Shown: positions 27,350 through 38,628 of the stretch, in pieces | Layout of the letters: every line of letters starts with the position of its first letter | How positions within the stretch are numbered: the first letter of the stretch is position 1 | From: an uncultured delta proteobacterium | GTDB lineage: Bacteria; Desulfobacterota; Binatia; HRBIN30; BPIQ01 | Direction of reading: 5' to 3' | Assembly: GCA_963761335.1 (NCBI GenBank) | Contig: CAVXGR010000018.1 | Span: 448,001 to 512,000 of the forward strand | DNA length: 64,000 nucleotides | Position numbers and translations under genes: made by a program | Notes under the pieces: generated by a model | The model's input: only the letters and a program-made list of their open reading frames with translations | What the model was told of the DNA's origin: nothing | Databases searched by the model: none

Positions 27350-29521
27350 TTGGTCGTGCTGCGCTGCGTTCGCAAACCGTGCTGGCGAACGGCTGTTGCC
27401 TCTGCCGTTCTCGCCGTGCTCATTCCGACCTTTCCGGCGTTCGCCGGAACGCGTTGGGTGGAGGACGAGCTCTTGGTCGTGCCCCAGCTCGGGGCGCGGT
27501 CGCAGGCCTACTCGATCGCCGCCGCTCAGGGGGCGACGACGCGTCGCGACCTCCCCGAGCTGGGGGTGATCGTTTTGCACACCCCACACGGCCGCCGCGC
27601 CGCCGTCGAGCGCGAGCTGCGCGACAGTGGCCTATTTCGCTCCGTGGAGCGCAACTATATCGCATCCATAGATGGAGATATCGACGATCCGCTCTACTCC
27701 CAACAGTGGGGAGATGACATCATCCGCGCCCCGCAGGCCTGGATGCAGAGCCGCGGCGCCGGTGTCACCATCGCCGTCATCGACACCGGGGTGGAGAGCT
27801 CGCACCCGGACCTGATCGAGCGCTTGGTCCCGGGCCACAACGCCATCGACGGCTCCGTCGTCACCGAGGACGACAACGGTCATGGGACGCGCATGGCCGG
27901 GATCGCGGTCGCGACCGCGTCGAACGGCATCGGCATCGCCGGCGTGGCTCCGGAGGCCAACCTCATGCCGATCAAGGCGCTGACCTCACTCGGATCCGGC
28001 ACCTACTCCGATGTGGCGGCGGCGATCGTCTACGCGGCGGACCAGGGCGCGCGGGTCATCAGCCTCAGCCTCGGGGGCGAGGCCGCCTCGTCGACGCTGT
28101 CGAACGCGGTGGACTATGCCGTGGCCCACGGCAGCGTGGTGGTTGCCGCGGCAGGAAACGCCGGCGGCCCGGTGGCGACCTATCCGGCGGCCTGTGCCGG
28201 TGCCATTGCCGTCGGTGCTTCCGATGACGGCGACCTGCGGGCGGCCTTCTCCAACTACGGCGCCTGGATCGACCTGCTGGCGCCGGGGGTGGGCATCCTC
28301 ACCACGAACCTGGGGGGCGGATACGGCAGCTCCAGCGGCACCTCTCCGGCGACGCCGTTCGTCGCCGGTGCCGCGGCCCTGCTTCTCTCGGCCAACCCGG
28401 CCCTCTCCCCGCAGCAGGTGAGCACGCTGCTGCAGACGGCGAGCGACGATCTTGGGGCCCCGGGGTTCGACGACTATTACGGGTGGGGGCGGCTGAACGT
28501 CGCTCGCGCTCTCGAGCAGGCGCAGATGCTGGTCGGTGCGCCCGACCAGGTGCCGCCGACAGTCGCGGTCGTCTCTCCCGGCGACGGCTCTGCGGTGGAG
28601 GCCAGCTCGGTACCTCTGGAAGTGGATGCGACTGACGACACGGGTGTGGTGCGCGTCGAGTACAGCGTCGACGGCCGCGTGATCGCCAGCACTTACGAGG
28701 CGCCTTTCTCGGCCATCTGGAATCTGCAGCTCGCTTCCGCCGGAGCGCACGTCGTCGCCGCCGCCGCCTATGACGCCTCTGGCAACCGCGGCTTCTCGGC
28801 GCCGGTCACGGTGTCCCTGTCCGGGTCGGGGGTCGGCTGTGGCGTCGCCGGAGGCGAGTGCCTCCCGGGTGGCGGAAAGGCGCGCACCGACTGTCTGGCC
28901 GAGTGGTACGTCGTCGGTGACGGTCTTGCGGATCAGGTGGGCTCGTCGAAGCCGCGCGTCACCTGTGAGGATGGCGCCGCCTGCGACCAGGACGGGATCG
29001 CCGACGGTGTCTGCACCTTCCACGTCGCCATCTGTCTGTCGGTTGCGGACAGCCGCCTGCGCTCGACCAGCGGCGATGCCGCCTGCTCTCCAGAAGACGT
29101 CGCCGAGTTCCGCCTGCTGGCGCCGTCGAGGCGCAAGCGGAGAGATCCCGTCATCGGCGCCAACGCCAACGCTCTGATCGCGAGCGTCGCGGCGCTCGGC
29201 ACTGGCCAGGCGCAGGGGCGCTGCCTCAGCGGGGCGACGAAGCAGCCGTGCGCGACCGATGGCGATTGCGACTCGGCGCCGGGAGCCGCTGACGGTCTCT
29301 GCGCCGTCGATCGGGCAGCGCTCGACAGCGCCGAGGGCACGCTCGGGAAATGCACAGCCGTGCAGGCGCTACAGGTTCCCGTGCGCCCCGGGCGAATGCA
29401 CCCGCGCCCCGGCAAGCAGGTGTTCAAGATCTCCACCTCGCCGGTCAGCGCGACGCGACGTGCACCCAAGGACACCGACACGCTGGGACTCGTCTGCGAG
29501 CCGTCAGCGGCCGGCTCGTAA
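27350..29521 (+). CDS. Secreted S8 subtilisin-like protease with Ig-like and Cys-rich C-terminal domains
   Basis: Triad IDTG / NGHGT / [13 protein letters not shown] oxyanion motif, DQVPPTV...V Ig-like domain and a Cys-rich tail. Start uncertain. Confidence 0.88.
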   Translation: MVVLRCVRKPCWRTAVASAVLAVLIPTFPAFAGTRWVEDELLVVPQLGARSQAYSIAAAQGATTRRDLPELGVIVLHTPHGRRAAVERELRDSGLFRSVERNYIASIDGDIDDPLYSQQWGDDIIRAPQAWMQSRGAGVTIAVIDTGVESSHPDLIERLVPGHNAIDGSVVTEDDNGHGTRMAGIAVATASNGIGIAGVAPEANLMPIKALTSLGSGTYSDVAAAIVYAADQGARVISLSLGGEAASSTLSNAVDYAVAHGSVVVAAAGNAGGPVATYPAACAGAIAVGASDDGDLRAAFSNYGAWIDLLAPGVGILTTNLGGGYGSSSGTSPATPFVAGAAALLLSANPALSPQQVSTLLQTASDDLGAPGFDDYYGWGRLNVARALEQAQMLVGAPDQVPPTVAVVSPGDGSAVEASSVPLEVDATDDTGVVRVEYSVDGRVIASTYEAPFSAIWNLQLASAGAHVVAAAAYDASGNRGFSAPVTVSLSGSGVGCGVAGGECLPGGGKARTDCLAEWYVVGDGLADQVGSSKPRVTCEDGAACDQDGIADGVCTFHVAICLSVADSRLRSTSGDAACSPEDVAEFRLLAPSRRKRRDPVIGANANALIASVAALGTGQAQGRCLSGATKQPCATDGDCDSAPGAADGLCAVDRAALDSAEGTLGKCTAVQALQVPVRPGRMHPRPGKQVFKISTSPVSATRRAPKDTDTLGLVCEPSAAGS

Positions 29522-29694
29522 GCCGCGCGACTCGCCGCATCGCCTTCGCGTGGCCGCCGCTCCCGTTCCGCAAAAGCGCTGTCCAGACGGGTGCTTGGCG
29601 GCCGTTTCGGATGGGCGGCGGCGGTCCTCGAGGCCCTCTCGGAGGCTCCGCTGCGAAGGTTGCTTTTGCCACGCAGCGGCGTAGTCTCGCTCGC

Positions 29695-31767
29695 GTGAAT
29701 GGAACGGAGAGCGGCGCGGGAGCCACGGTCGGATTCCGCAATTCGTTGGGCGGTTGGCGCGTATCGATACAGCGACTACAGGCGACCCGCCTGATCATCG
29801 TACCCTCGATCACGGGTCTGCTGACCGGTGCCGCGACCATCGCCTTCGTCGAGCTTCTGAACTTGGCGCAGTGGGTGGCTCTCGGCTCGAGCAAGTTGCC
29901 GCTGGACGTGTTGCCGCACCTGACCTGGTATCACATCCTGCTCACGCCCGTGATCGGCGGCCTGATTGTCGGACCCCTGGTGCATTTTCTGGCGCCCGAG
30001 GCGGAGGGACACGGGGTGCCCGAGGTCATCGAGGCGGTGATGCTGGCCGGAGGGCGGATCCGCAAACGCGTGGCGGCGGTGAAGTCGATCGCATCTGCGG
30101 TCACGATCGGCACCGGGGGCTCCGTGGGACGCGAAGGGCCGATCGTGCAGATCGGCGCCGCCCTGGGCTCGGCAGTCGGCCAGTTTCTGCGTTTTCCCGC
30201 GGAGCAGCTGAAGACGCTGACGGCATGCGGCGCCGCCGCCGGCATCGCCGCAGTGTTCAATGCCCCGATCGCCGGGGCGTTCTTCGCCCTCGAGGTGATC
30301 ACCGGAAACTTCGCCATGCCGTCCTTCGGCCCGGTGATTCTGTCCTCAGTGCTGGCGACCGTGGTGTCGCGTGCCTACTTCGGCGATCACCCGGCGTTCA
30401 TCGTTCAGCCGTATCAGATGGAGAGCCTCGTCGAGATCGCCGCCTACGTCGGTCTCGGCTTCTTCTGCGGCCTGGTCTCGGTCGTCTTCATCCGGATGAT
30501 GGATCAGTTCGAGAACCGCGCCCCCCGTCTGCCGATTCCCAAGGTGCTCCTTCCGGCCGCCGGCGGCATCCTGCTCGGGGGGCTGCTGATCTTCGTTCCC
30601 AACGTCTACGGCGTCGGCTACGCCACCATGGACATGGTGCTCAGAGGGGCCTTGTCCTGGAAGTTCCTCGCCGTGCTGCTGCCGGTGAAGATCTTCGCTA
30701 CCTCGCTCACTCTGGCCTCCGGCGGCTCCGGCGGCGTCTTCCTGCCGTCGCTCTACATCGGCTCGGTGGCCGGTGGGCTATACGGGAAAGCGGTGGAGGC
30801 GCTGCTGCCGAGCGTTGCCGCCGGCTCGGGGGCGTATGCCCTGGTGGGCATGGCGGGCGTCCTGAGCGCCTCCACGGGATCGCCGATCACGGCGATGCTG
30901 CTGCTCTTCGAGGTCACCGGCGACTACAAGATCATCCTGCCGGTGATGATTGTGGCGACGCTGGCGTCCATGGTAGCCCGCGCCCTCGAAGAGAACTCTC
31001 TCTACACGCTCAAGCTGAGCCGCAGCGGCATCGCCCTCAACCGGCGTGAGGACATCATCATGCGGACGCACACGGTGGGCGAGATCATGCGCCCGTCGCC
31101 GTGGGTGATTCGCGACAACACCTCACTCGGCGACACGCTCCAGTACTTCCTCGCTCACGAGGCGGTCGAGGTCTACGTGGTGGACGCACAGGGCAAGCTG
31201 GTGGGGGCCATCTCGATTCACGACATCAAGGACCCGGAGGTGCAGAGCCTGGGACCTCTGGTGCTGGCGCGCGACATCGCCGAGCCCGACGTCCACAGGG
31301 TCGATCCGGAGGACACGCTCGCCGATTGCATGGAGCACTTCATCCTCAGCGAGAACGACGAGCTACCGGTGGTGGGCAGCTCGGGAACGCTGCTGGGCAT
31401 CGTCAGCCGCCGCGACGTGTTGCGCATCTACAGCAGCGAGCTGCTGCGCCACGAGTTCATGGGCGTCGCCAGCGAGGGTGGCACTGGAGCACGCGCCGTG
31501 CGCGGCTACGTCCGCCTGACGCACGGGCTGACGCTCTCCCGGGTGCACACCCCGCCGTGGCTTGCCGGCAAATCGCTGCGCGAGGCGAACCTGCGGGCCG
31601 CCTACAGCCTCACGGTCGTTGCCATCTGCCACGGCGAGGACGGTGAGGACCGGCTGCCGAATCCGGAATACCCGCTCGCCGCCAACGACACCTTGGTGGT
31701 GGTCGGCAATTCCGCGGACATCGAGCGCTTCCGCCACGCCGGCGGTGCCGCGGCCGCCGCCGGCTGA
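29695..31767 (+). CDS. ClC-family chloride channel/antiporter with two CBS domains and a TrkA-C domain
   Basis: GHGVPE, GSVGREGP, FNAPIAG and GGVFLP motifs; CBS pair; C-terminal GKSLREANLR...VVAI. GTG start inferred. Confidence 0.9.
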   Translation: MNGTESGAGATVGFRNSLGGWRVSIQRLQATRLIIVPSITGLLTGAATIAFVELLNLAQWVALGSSKLPLDVLPHLTWYHILLTPVIGGLIVGPLVHFLAPEAEGHGVPEVIEAVMLAGGRIRKRVAAVKSIASAVTIGTGGSVGREGPIVQIGAALGSAVGQFLRFPAEQLKTLTACGAAAGIAAVFNAPIAGAFFALEVITGNFAMPSFGPVILSSVLATVVSRAYFGDHPAFIVQPYQMESLVEIAAYVGLGFFCGLVSVVFIRMMDQFENRAPRLPIPKVLLPAAGGILLGGLLIFVPNVYGVGYATMDMVLRGALSWKFLAVLLPVKIFATSLTLASGGSGGVFLPSLYIGSVAGGLYGKAVEALLPSVAAGSGAYALVGMAGVLSASTGSPITAMLLLFEVTGDYKIILPVMIVATLASMVARALEENSLYTLKLSRSGIALNRREDIIMRTHTVGEIMRPSPWVIRDNTSLGDTLQYFLAHEAVEVYVVDAQGKLVGAISIHDIKDPEVQSLGPLVLARDIAEPDVHRVDPEDTLADCMEHFILSENDELPVVGSSGTLLGIVSRRDVLRIYSSELLRHEFMGVASEGGTGARAVRGYVRLTHGLTLSRVHTPPWLAGKSLREANLRAAYSLTVVAICHGEDGEDRLPNPEYPLAANDTLVVVGNSADIERFRHAGGAAAAAG

Positions 31768-31801
31768 GCCGCGAGCCGGCGGCGCCGCTGCGGAGATTCC
31801 C

Positions 31802-33457
31802 ATGGGCAGGCGAGAGGATCCTACGGGCGAAGCCGCCGCGGTCGAGCCGCCGGTCAACCGTACCGAGCTGACACCGCTGCTCTTCATCGAGCGGGCCGCC
31901 GCAGTCTATGCGCAGAGGCCGGCGGCGATATACGGCGCCCGGCGGTTCACCTACGCGCAGCTCGGGTGGCGCGTGCGCCAGCTCGCCACGGCCCTGCGGC
32001 GCGCCGGAGTGCGGCGTGGCGACCGTGTCGCCTTCCTGGCGCCGAACGTTCCGGCGCTTCTCGAAGCCCACTTCGGCGTGGCCCTCGCCGGCGGGACTCT
32101 GGTCGCCGTCAATACCCGCCTCAACGCCGATGAGGTCGCCTACATCCTCAACCACTCTGGAGCGCGCCTCTACGCCGTCGATGCAGAGCTGGCGCAGTCG
32201 GTCGGACCGCCGAGAACGTCGATCCCCGGGGTCGAGCGCGTCGTCACCATCGACGACCGCGAGTTTGCTCCGGACGCCGAGCGGATCTTCGACGGCCCCG
32301 AGTACGAGGAGTTCATCGACGTCGAGCCCGATGCTGATCTGTGCTTCCGCGTACCCGAAGAGGACGACGTCTACTCGATCAACTACACGTCAGGGACCAC
32401 GGGCCGTCCCAAAGGAGTGATGTACACCCACCGCAGCGCCCATCTGAATGCGCTCTCCGAGATCATCGCCCATCGCCTCGAGCCGTCCTCGGTGTTTCTC
32501 TGGACCCTGCCGATGTTCCACTGCAATGGATGGTGTTTCCCCTGGGCGGTTAGCGCCGCCGGGGGTGTCCACCTGTTGCTGCGCAAGATCGAGGCGCCCA
32601 ACGTCTGGCGCCTGGTGCGCGAGGAACGGGTGACGCATTTCAACGGCGCCCCGACCGTGCTGATCATGCTGATCAACGATGCCGCGGCGCCGACCTCACG
32701 CTTGTCGCAGCCGCTGCGCATCGCCACCGGCGGCGCTCCGCCGTCGCCCACGTTGCTCGGGCAGTGGGAGGCGATCGGCGCGCAGATCACACACCTCTAC
32801 GGGCTCACCGAGACCTATGGCCCGCACACCTACTGCGATTGGCAGGCGCAGTGGGATGAGCTGCCGGCCGACGAGCGCGCTCGACTGCGCGCGCGTCAGG
32901 GAGTGGCGAGCGCCGTTGCCTGCGAGCTGCGCGTCGTCGACGAGTCGATGCGCGACGTGCCCGCCGACGGGGCCAGCATGGGCGAGGTGGTCATGCGCGG
33001 CAACAACGTCATGCGCGGCTACTACGAGCAGCCGGAGGCAACCGCCGAGGCCTTCCGCGGCGGCTGGTTCCATTCCGGCGACGTCGCCGTAATGCACCCG
33101 GACGGCTACATCGAGCTGCGCGATCGCAAGAAGGACATCATCATCTCCGGCGGTGAGAACATCTCGACCATCGAGATCGAGCAGGCAATTGCGCGCCATC
33201 CCGACGTGCTCGAGGTCGCAGTGATCGCCGTGCCCGACGAGAAATGGGGGGAAGTGCCGAAGGCGTTCGTGGTTCCCAAGGAGGGACGCCGCGTGAGCGC
33301 CGCCGATGTCATCTCCCACTGTCGCGCGCAGCTGGCCCACTTCAAGTGTCCGAAGTCGGTGGAGATCGGGCCGCTGCCGAAGACCTCCACGGGCAAGGTG
33401 CAGAAGTTCGTCCTGCGCGAGAAGGAGTGGGCCGGACGCAACACGCGCATTCACTGA
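31802..33457 (+). CDS. Acyl-CoA synthetase (AMP-forming)
   Basis: ELTPLLF, YTSGTTGRPKG, MFHCNGW, YGLTETYG and PKTSTGK motifs. Confidence 0.92.
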   Translation: MGRREDPTGEAAAVEPPVNRTELTPLLFIERAAAVYAQRPAAIYGARRFTYAQLGWRVRQLATALRRAGVRRGDRVAFLAPNVPALLEAHFGVALAGGTLVAVNTRLNADEVAYILNHSGARLYAVDAELAQSVGPPRTSIPGVERVVTIDDREFAPDAERIFDGPEYEEFIDVEPDADLCFRVPEEDDVYSINYTSGTTGRPKGVMYTHRSAHLNALSEIIAHRLEPSSVFLWTLPMFHCNGWCFPWAVSAAGGVHLLLRKIEAPNVWRLVREERVTHFNGAPTVLIMLINDAAAPTSRLSQPLRIATGGAPPSPTLLGQWEAIGAQITHLYGLTETYGPHTYCDWQAQWDELPADERARLRARQGVASAVACELRVVDESMRDVPADGASMGEVVMRGNNVMRGYYEQPEATAEAFRGGWFHSGDVAVMHPDGYIELRDRKKDIIISGGENISTIEIEQAIARHPDVLEVAVIAVPDEKWGEVPKAFVVPKEGRRVSAADVISHCRAQLAHFKCPKSVEIGPLPKTSTGKVQKFVLREKEWAGRNTRIH

Positions 33458-33526
33458 TGCGTGGGCGATCTTCCTCTTTCGAGGGTACGTTCCGGCGTGA
33501 GCCCGGTCAAAACGCCGCGGGGGCTC

Positions 33527-34261
33527 TCACTTCGGCATGGGTGGCGGCTCCTTCTTGGAGTAGCCCGCTGGAACCTTCGTGAGCTGCGCTGGCGGGGACT
33601 TCTCGGCGATCTCAGTGATCTCGGAGACGGACTGGATCTTCTGTGGCCCGATCTGAATCGTGCTGGTGATGCGCAGCGGGGTTCCTTTAGTCTGAACGAT
33701 GGCCATGCCCACCGGTCTTCCCGGGTCGCTGGCGCCCCCCATCGGTCCGAGCATCTCCTGCGCTTGCTTGCTGACGCTCGGCGTCGCCAGGTCCTCGGCG
33801 AACCAGACGGAACCCATGCCGCTGACCTCGGTGATCTGGTACTCCCGAGCCTCGTGGCCGGCAATCTTTTCCGTTTTGCCGGTCGGCTTCAGAACTGCGG
33901 GTTGGTCCAGCTTGAGCTTCTTGCGGACCTCCTCCGGAATGCTCTGGGCCTGCTCTTTCTTCCGCGCCACCTGCCTTCGCAGGTCATCGAAGGTGCGCAC
34001 CACGTACGTCTTGTCGGCGGTGTTGACCGTGGTCGCGGTCTCTGCCCCGGGGTCGATGATGACGTAGGTTTGGCCCTGATCGATGATCCCGAGGGTGTCT
34101 GTCCAGTACAGAGTCTGCCCTGAAACCTGTTCCGGCTGCCCGGGGACGGAGCTGCGGAATTGTTCCTTGAGCATCAGGTCGGTGGCGTGGCCGGCGCTGG
34201 CGGAGCCGGCCACGAGAAGAAGAATGCTGAGAAGGCGCATGGATCGCATGGTGATGTTCAT
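33527..34261 (-). CDS. Secreted DUF4412-like protein
   Basis: Signal peptide; TGKTEKIAGHEAREY motif and C-terminal KVPAGY. Confidence 0.6.
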   Translation of the reverse strand: MNITMRSMRLLSILLLVAGSASAGHATDLMLKEQFRSSVPGQPEQVSGQTLYWTDTLGIIDQGQTYVIIDPGAETATTVNTADKTYVVRTFDDLRRQVARKKEQAQSIPEEVRKKLKLDQPAVLKPTGKTEKIAGHEAREYQITEVSGMGSVWFAEDLATPSVSKQAQEMLGPMGGASDPGRPVGMAIVQTKGTPLRITSTIQIGPQKIQSVSEITEIAEKSPPAQLTKVPAGYSKKEPPPMPK

Positions 34262-34305
34262 TACGTGATCAGGCGATGGCGTTCAAGCAGAGGCGGGCTT
34301 CGTCG

Positions 34306-35451
34306 TCAGCGGCGCACCAGCCCGGACTCCTGAAGCGCCTCGCGGAGAAGCTGCCGCACCGGCGGCTCCCAGGGGAAGGAGAGGTGACCGCCCTCATACC
34401 AGACGAGCCGAGGCTTCTCCCAGTGATACCAGAGGTCGCGTACGTGCTCCGGAGGAACCAGGCGATCGACCAGACCGGCGAACAGATAGCGGCGGTCGCG
34501 GTGCACGCGCGGCGGCAGCGCCAGCGGCGAGATCACTCGCAGCACCGGCTCCACCGCGTCCGACAGAAATCCCCCGCCGTTGGCGTAGCGGCGGATGAGC
34601 TTCGGCATGTGACGGTCTGCCAGACGGGCGAAATCGGTCGCCGGGATGCCGGCGATGACGCAGGCGAGGTCGTCCTCGATGGCCGCCAGGAGAGCCGCCG
34701 TGTAGCCGCCCAGCGACAGGCCGTAGATGCCCACCGCGGGCGCTCTCTGGGCGCGCACCCAGCCGAGGAGTCGGCGCATATCCCACATCGCCTGCGCTTC
34801 GGCGTGGACGGCGTTCATGACGTCGCCGGTGAGGAATCCGTCGCCGCTGCGGCGGCCGATCTTGCGGGGCCCGTGCAGGGGCAGCACCGGGAGAATGAGA
34901 TTGAGGCCGAGGCGCTGGTACAGCCACTGCGCCTGGAACCCGGCGAGGTCCACCCCCGGAGCTCCCATTCGAAAGCCGTGGATGCACATCAGCCACGGTC
35001 GCGGCCGCCCGGGATGGCGCAGTACCCAGGCGTGAGCCGTGTGGTTGGCGTCGTAGTGCAGCCATCGGGCGCGCCCGGGCTCGCCGAAGTGCGGCTCGAA
35101 GCCGCTGTCGAACTCGAGGTGAGTGAACGGCAAGTTGCGCCAGCGCCGCGAGCGCAGGCGCGGCGACTCGAGAGCGGGCGGCGTGCGGTGGTAGCGGATC
35201 GGCTCGTCGGCCCAGCCGCGATACTCGAACAGCTCGCGGGCGGCCAGAACCTCCGCCTGGATGCGCTCCCGATGGGAGCGCGACGGAAGCGTGGCGCCCG
35301 AGAGCGCGACCGCAACCTCGTCGACGGCGGCCTTCAGAGCCAGCGCCAGAGATTGTCGCGGCACCGGGATGTCGGTGTGTGAATGCTCCAGTAGGGCTCG
35401 CCACGACTCTGGAAGCAGAGTCGCCAGACCCAGACTGCGGCTCGCGGTCAA
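34306..35451 (-). CDS. Alpha/beta hydrolase (ABHD18-like)
   Basis: CIHGF, LPLHGPR, nucleophile GLSLGG, DRLVP and GGH. Confidence 0.8.
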   Translation of the reverse strand: MTASRSLGLATLLPESWRALLEHSHTDIPVPRQSLALALKAAVDEVAVALSGATLPSRSHRERIQAEVLAARELFEYRGWADEPIRYHRTPPALESPRLRSRRWRNLPFTHLEFDSGFEPHFGEPGRARWLHYDANHTAHAWVLRHPGRPRPWLMCIHGFRMGAPGVDLAGFQAQWLYQRLGLNLILPVLPLHGPRKIGRRSGDGFLTGDVMNAVHAEAQAMWDMRRLLGWVRAQRAPAVGIYGLSLGGYTAALLAAIEDDLACVIAGIPATDFARLADRHMPKLIRRYANGGGFLSDAVEPVLRVISPLALPPRVHRDRRYLFAGLVDRLVPPEHVRDLWYHWEKPRLVWYEGGHLSFPWEPPVRQLLREALQESGLVRR

Positions 35452-35637
35452 GAATGTGTTCCCCCGGCCGCTACACTAGCTTCGCGCCGACCATTATCCA
35501 AGGATATTTCTTCGTCGCTCTCATCGTTTCCCGTTTCACTTTATCATCCCTCCGGGCACTTGGAAGTCCCCGGGTTCCGAACGGTCATCGCCGCCGTCCT
35601 TGTCGGCCACCCGGCGGTCGCCTACACTAGCGGCTCC

Positions 35638-36726
35638 ATGGGCTCGACCTTCGGCCACCTGTTTCGCATCACCACCTTCGGGGAGTCGCACGGCGGCGGC
35701 GTCGGAGTGGTGATCGACGGCTGCCCGCCGCGCTTGCCGTTGGCCGTCGAGGACATTCAGCGCGACCTCGACCGCCGGCGTCCCGGACAGAGCGCCATCA
35801 CCACGCCGCGAGAGGAGGCCGACCGCGCCGAAATTCTATCGGGCGTCTTCGAGGGACAGACGCTGGGCTCACCGATCGCCATCCTGGTGCGCAACACCGA
35901 TGCCCGACCGGAGGCGTATGCGTCGTTCAAGGACGTCTATCGCCCCTCACACGCCGACTACACCTACGAGGCCAAGTACGGAGTGCGCAACTGGCAGGGC
36001 GGCGGGCGCGCCTCGGCGCGGGAGACCATTGGGCGCGTTGCCGGCGGAGCCGTGGCCCGCAAGCTGCTGCAGGGCATCGGCGTCGAGGTTCTCGCCTACG
36101 TGAAGCAGGTCCACACCATTGCCGCGGACGTCGCCCCTGCCGGCGTGACTCTCGAGCAGGTGGAGGCGAGCATCACCCGCTGCCCGGATCCCCAGGCGGC
36201 GGAGCAGATGATCGCCCGCATCGACGAGGCGCGGCGCCGCGGCGATTCGCTGGGCGGCGTCGTCGAGTGCATGTGCCGCGCGGTGCCCGCGGGCCTGGGC
36301 GAGCCGGTGTTCGACAAGCTCGAGGCCGATCTCGCGCGCGCCGTGATGTCGCTGCCGGCCTCCAAAGGAGTCGAGATCGGCAGCGGCTTCGGCAGCGTCG
36401 TCATGACCGGCATCGATCACAACGACCCGTTCACCGTCGAGGAAGGCCGGGTGCGCACCACCTCGAACCGCAGCGGCGGCATTCAGGGCGGAATCAGCAA
36501 CGGCGAGGACATCGTCTTTCGAGTCGCCTTCAAGCCGACGGCGACCATTCGCCAGGCGCAGGCGAGCGTCGACCGCGGCGGTCAGGCCGTGACTCTGGAA
36601 GCCCGCGGCCGACACGATCCGTGTGTTCTGCCGCGCGCCGTGCCGATGGTCGAAGCCATGGCCTGTCTGGTGCTCGCCGACCATTTCCTGCGACAGCGCG
36701 GCCAATGCGGCGGGTTCTCTGACTGA
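35638..36726 (+). CDS. aroC: Chorismate synthase
   Basis: [31 protein letters not shown] and GRHDPCV motifs. Confidence 0.97.
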   Translation: MGSTFGHLFRITTFGESHGGGVGVVIDGCPPRLPLAVEDIQRDLDRRRPGQSAITTPREEADRAEILSGVFEGQTLGSPIAILVRNTDARPEAYASFKDVYRPSHADYTYEAKYGVRNWQGGGRASARETIGRVAGGAVARKLLQGIGVEVLAYVKQVHTIAADVAPAGVTLEQVEASITRCPDPQAAEQMIARIDEARRRGDSLGGVVECMCRAVPAGLGEPVFDKLEADLARAVMSLPASKGVEIGSGFGSVVMTGIDHNDPFTVEEGRVRTTSNRSGGIQGGISNGEDIVFRVAFKPTATIRQAQASVDRGGQAVTLEARGRHDPCVLPRAVPMVEAMACLVLADHFLRQRGQCGGFSD

Positions 36727-36733
36727 TCCGTCA

Positions 36734-37408
36734 ATGGAGGAATCTCTTCCGGCGCGCTTGCGCCACTTCCTGCGCCGCAATTTTCTCGCCGGCTTGCTGG
36801 CGATCCTGCCCCTGGTGATCACCATCCGCATCATTGCCTGGATGGTCGCCGCTCTGGAATGGGGCATCCACCTGCTGCCGCGCTTCGCGCGCCCGGAGAA
36901 CCTGCTTCCCGTCTACGTTCCCGGCCTCGACGCGCTGATCACCGTGGTGCTGATCGTGCTCGTGGGCTTTCTGGTGTCCAGCGTCGTCAGTCACCGAATC
37001 ACCCAGTACTTCAACGGCGTCCTGCTGCGCATTCCCGTGTTCCGCGGTGTCTATCTGGCGGTGAAACGACTGGTCGAGGCCGTGCTCTCGCCGCAGCACG
37101 AGAACTTCCGTCGCGTCGTGCTCATCGAGTACCCTCGCAAGGGTGTCTACGCCATCGGTCTGCTCACCGGGGTGACCGAGGGCGAGGTGCAGGAGCGCAC
37201 AGCGGCACGGGTGCTCAACATCTTCGTGCCCACCACGCCGAACCCGACATCGGGGTACTACGTGCTCGTCCCCGAGGAGGACGTGATCTCTCTCGACATG
37301 TCGGTGGAGGAAGCCTTCAAGCTGATCATGTCGGGCGGTATCGTCACGCCCGAAAAGCGCCTCGCCGTTGAGGCGGTGCAGCCGCCGGCGAAAGCGCGCG
37401 CTCTCTGA
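36734..37408 (+). CDS. DUF502 membrane protein
   Basis: VVLIEYPRKG, FVPTTPNPTSG and MSVEEAFKLIMSGG motifs. Confidence 0.9.
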   Translation: MEESLPARLRHFLRRNFLAGLLAILPLVITIRIIAWMVAALEWGIHLLPRFARPENLLPVYVPGLDALITVVLIVLVGFLVSSVVSHRITQYFNGVLLRIPVFRGVYLAVKRLVEAVLSPQHENFRRVVLIEYPRKGVYAIGLLTGVTEGEVQERTAARVLNIFVPTTPNPTSGYYVLVPEEDVISLDMSVEEAFKLIMSGGIVTPEKRLAVEAVQPPAKARAL

Positions 37409-37420
37409 GGCGCGCCGTGG

Positions 37421-38146
37421 TCACGGCGTGAACTGCGGCAGCTCGTAGATTCCCAGCTCCTTCTCGATCTGCGCGACCTCGTCGACGAACTTGCGAAAGC
37501 CCTCGGGGCCGAAGAGCGCGTGCTCGCGTTCTTCGAACTTCTCGCCGAGCTCCGCGTACGCCTTTTGTCCGAGGATCTCGTGAAAAGCCGGAAAGAGTAC
37601 CGTGTCCTCCCGCGCCGCGTGGGGCCGGTACATGCGGATGAAGGCGCGCATCGAGCGCTCCAGGTTCTGGCGATCGGGCTCTTTCTTGATTGTCTCGGGC
37701 ACGGCGAGCCGCATTGTGAGATCGGTCAGCTGCCGCCCGCGCTCGTGCTGCTGCCGCAGCACCTTGGCGAGCTGTCCCAGCTCGCCCTGTTGAAAGCGCG
37801 CGAAGACGAACTCCTCCTCGAGCTTCTCGTGATACTCTTCGATGAACCGGTGAATGATGCCGGTGGCGCTGTGCAGGGTGTCCATCGGTAGGTCTTGGCC
37901 AGCACCCATGCGGCGCATGCCCTCCTCGTAGACCAGCAGGACGCGATCGAGGACCCCGTGCTCCCGCATCAGGTCTTCTGCCGGAGCGACCACCTCCTCG
38001 CCGCCTTGTTTCCCTTTCTTCCGGATTTTTTCTGGCTCGCCTCCGATTGCGGCGCCACCCCATGCTGCCAGCGCCAGCCCCGATGTCGCCGCCGTTACCA
38101 GGACACGCCGCCGCGTGGTGAGCTGCAGGGATTCATCGTCGTGCAT
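37421..38146 (-). CDS. Hemerythrin-domain protein with Tat-like signal
   Basis: TRRRVL plus hydrophobic stretch; LMREHG, YHEKLEE, QHERGR and HAAREDTVLFP ligand motifs. Confidence 0.82.
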   Translation of the reverse strand: MHDDESLQLTTRRRVLVTAATSGLALAAWGGAAIGGEPEKIRKKGKQGGEEVVAPAEDLMREHGVLDRVLLVYEEGMRRMGAGQDLPMDTLHSATGIIHRFIEEYHEKLEEEFVFARFQQGELGQLAKVLRQQHERGRQLTDLTMRLAVPETIKKEPDRQNLERSMRAFIRMYRPHAAREDTVLFPAFHEILGQKAYAELGEKFEEREHALFGPEGFRKFVDEVAQIEKELGIYELPQFTP

Positions 38147-38254
38147 TTCAGTCGCCTCCGCTGGCGACAATCCTAAGCGCATCCCGCCTCCGCGGCGAGT
38201 GGGGGGTCTCGGGCGCTCTTGCCTTCCGCCCCGCCGTAGTGCGATGAGTTCCGC

Positions 38255-38617
38255 ATGCCGACGCACATCCGGGCACCGAAGCGCATCGAGGCGGCGGGCA
38301 ACAAGCCGAAGCAGATCGACGAGTACGTGGGGCGGCTCAACTCCGGCACCAGCGAGGTGAGCATCGCCCACATGCGCTCGCCCGAGGGATGGGTGGAGCC
38401 CGGGCAGCGCCCGCAGTTTCGCGAGTACACGGTCGTCCTCGCGGGCATGTTGCGCGTCGAGCACCAGGGCGGTGCGGTCGAGGTTCATGCCGGCCAGGCG
38501 ATCGTCACCGAGCCGGGCGAATGGGTGCGCTACAGCTCGCCCGGCGCCGGCGGTGCCGAATATGTTGCCGTCTGCCTGCCGGCCTTCTCTCTCGAGACGG
38601 TTCATCGGGACGAGTGA
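38255..38617 (+). CDS. Cupin-domain protein
   Basis: GWVEPGQRPQFREYTVVLAG...AGQA...EWVRYS cupin barrel pattern. Confidence 0.8.
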   Translation: MPTHIRAPKRIEAAGNKPKQIDEYVGRLNSGTSEVSIAHMRSPEGWVEPGQRPQFREYTVVLAGMLRVEHQGGAVEVHAGQAIVTEPGEWVRYSSPGAGGAEYVAVCLPAFSLETVHRDE

Positions 38618-38628
38618 ACAGGGAGGAC

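Noticed and set aside
30001..30030. ClC GHGVP selectivity motif as evidence of fluoride or nitrate specificity
   Set aside because: Matches neither the CLC-F nor the GPGIP signature; the gating Glu is intact, so no specific claim is supportable.
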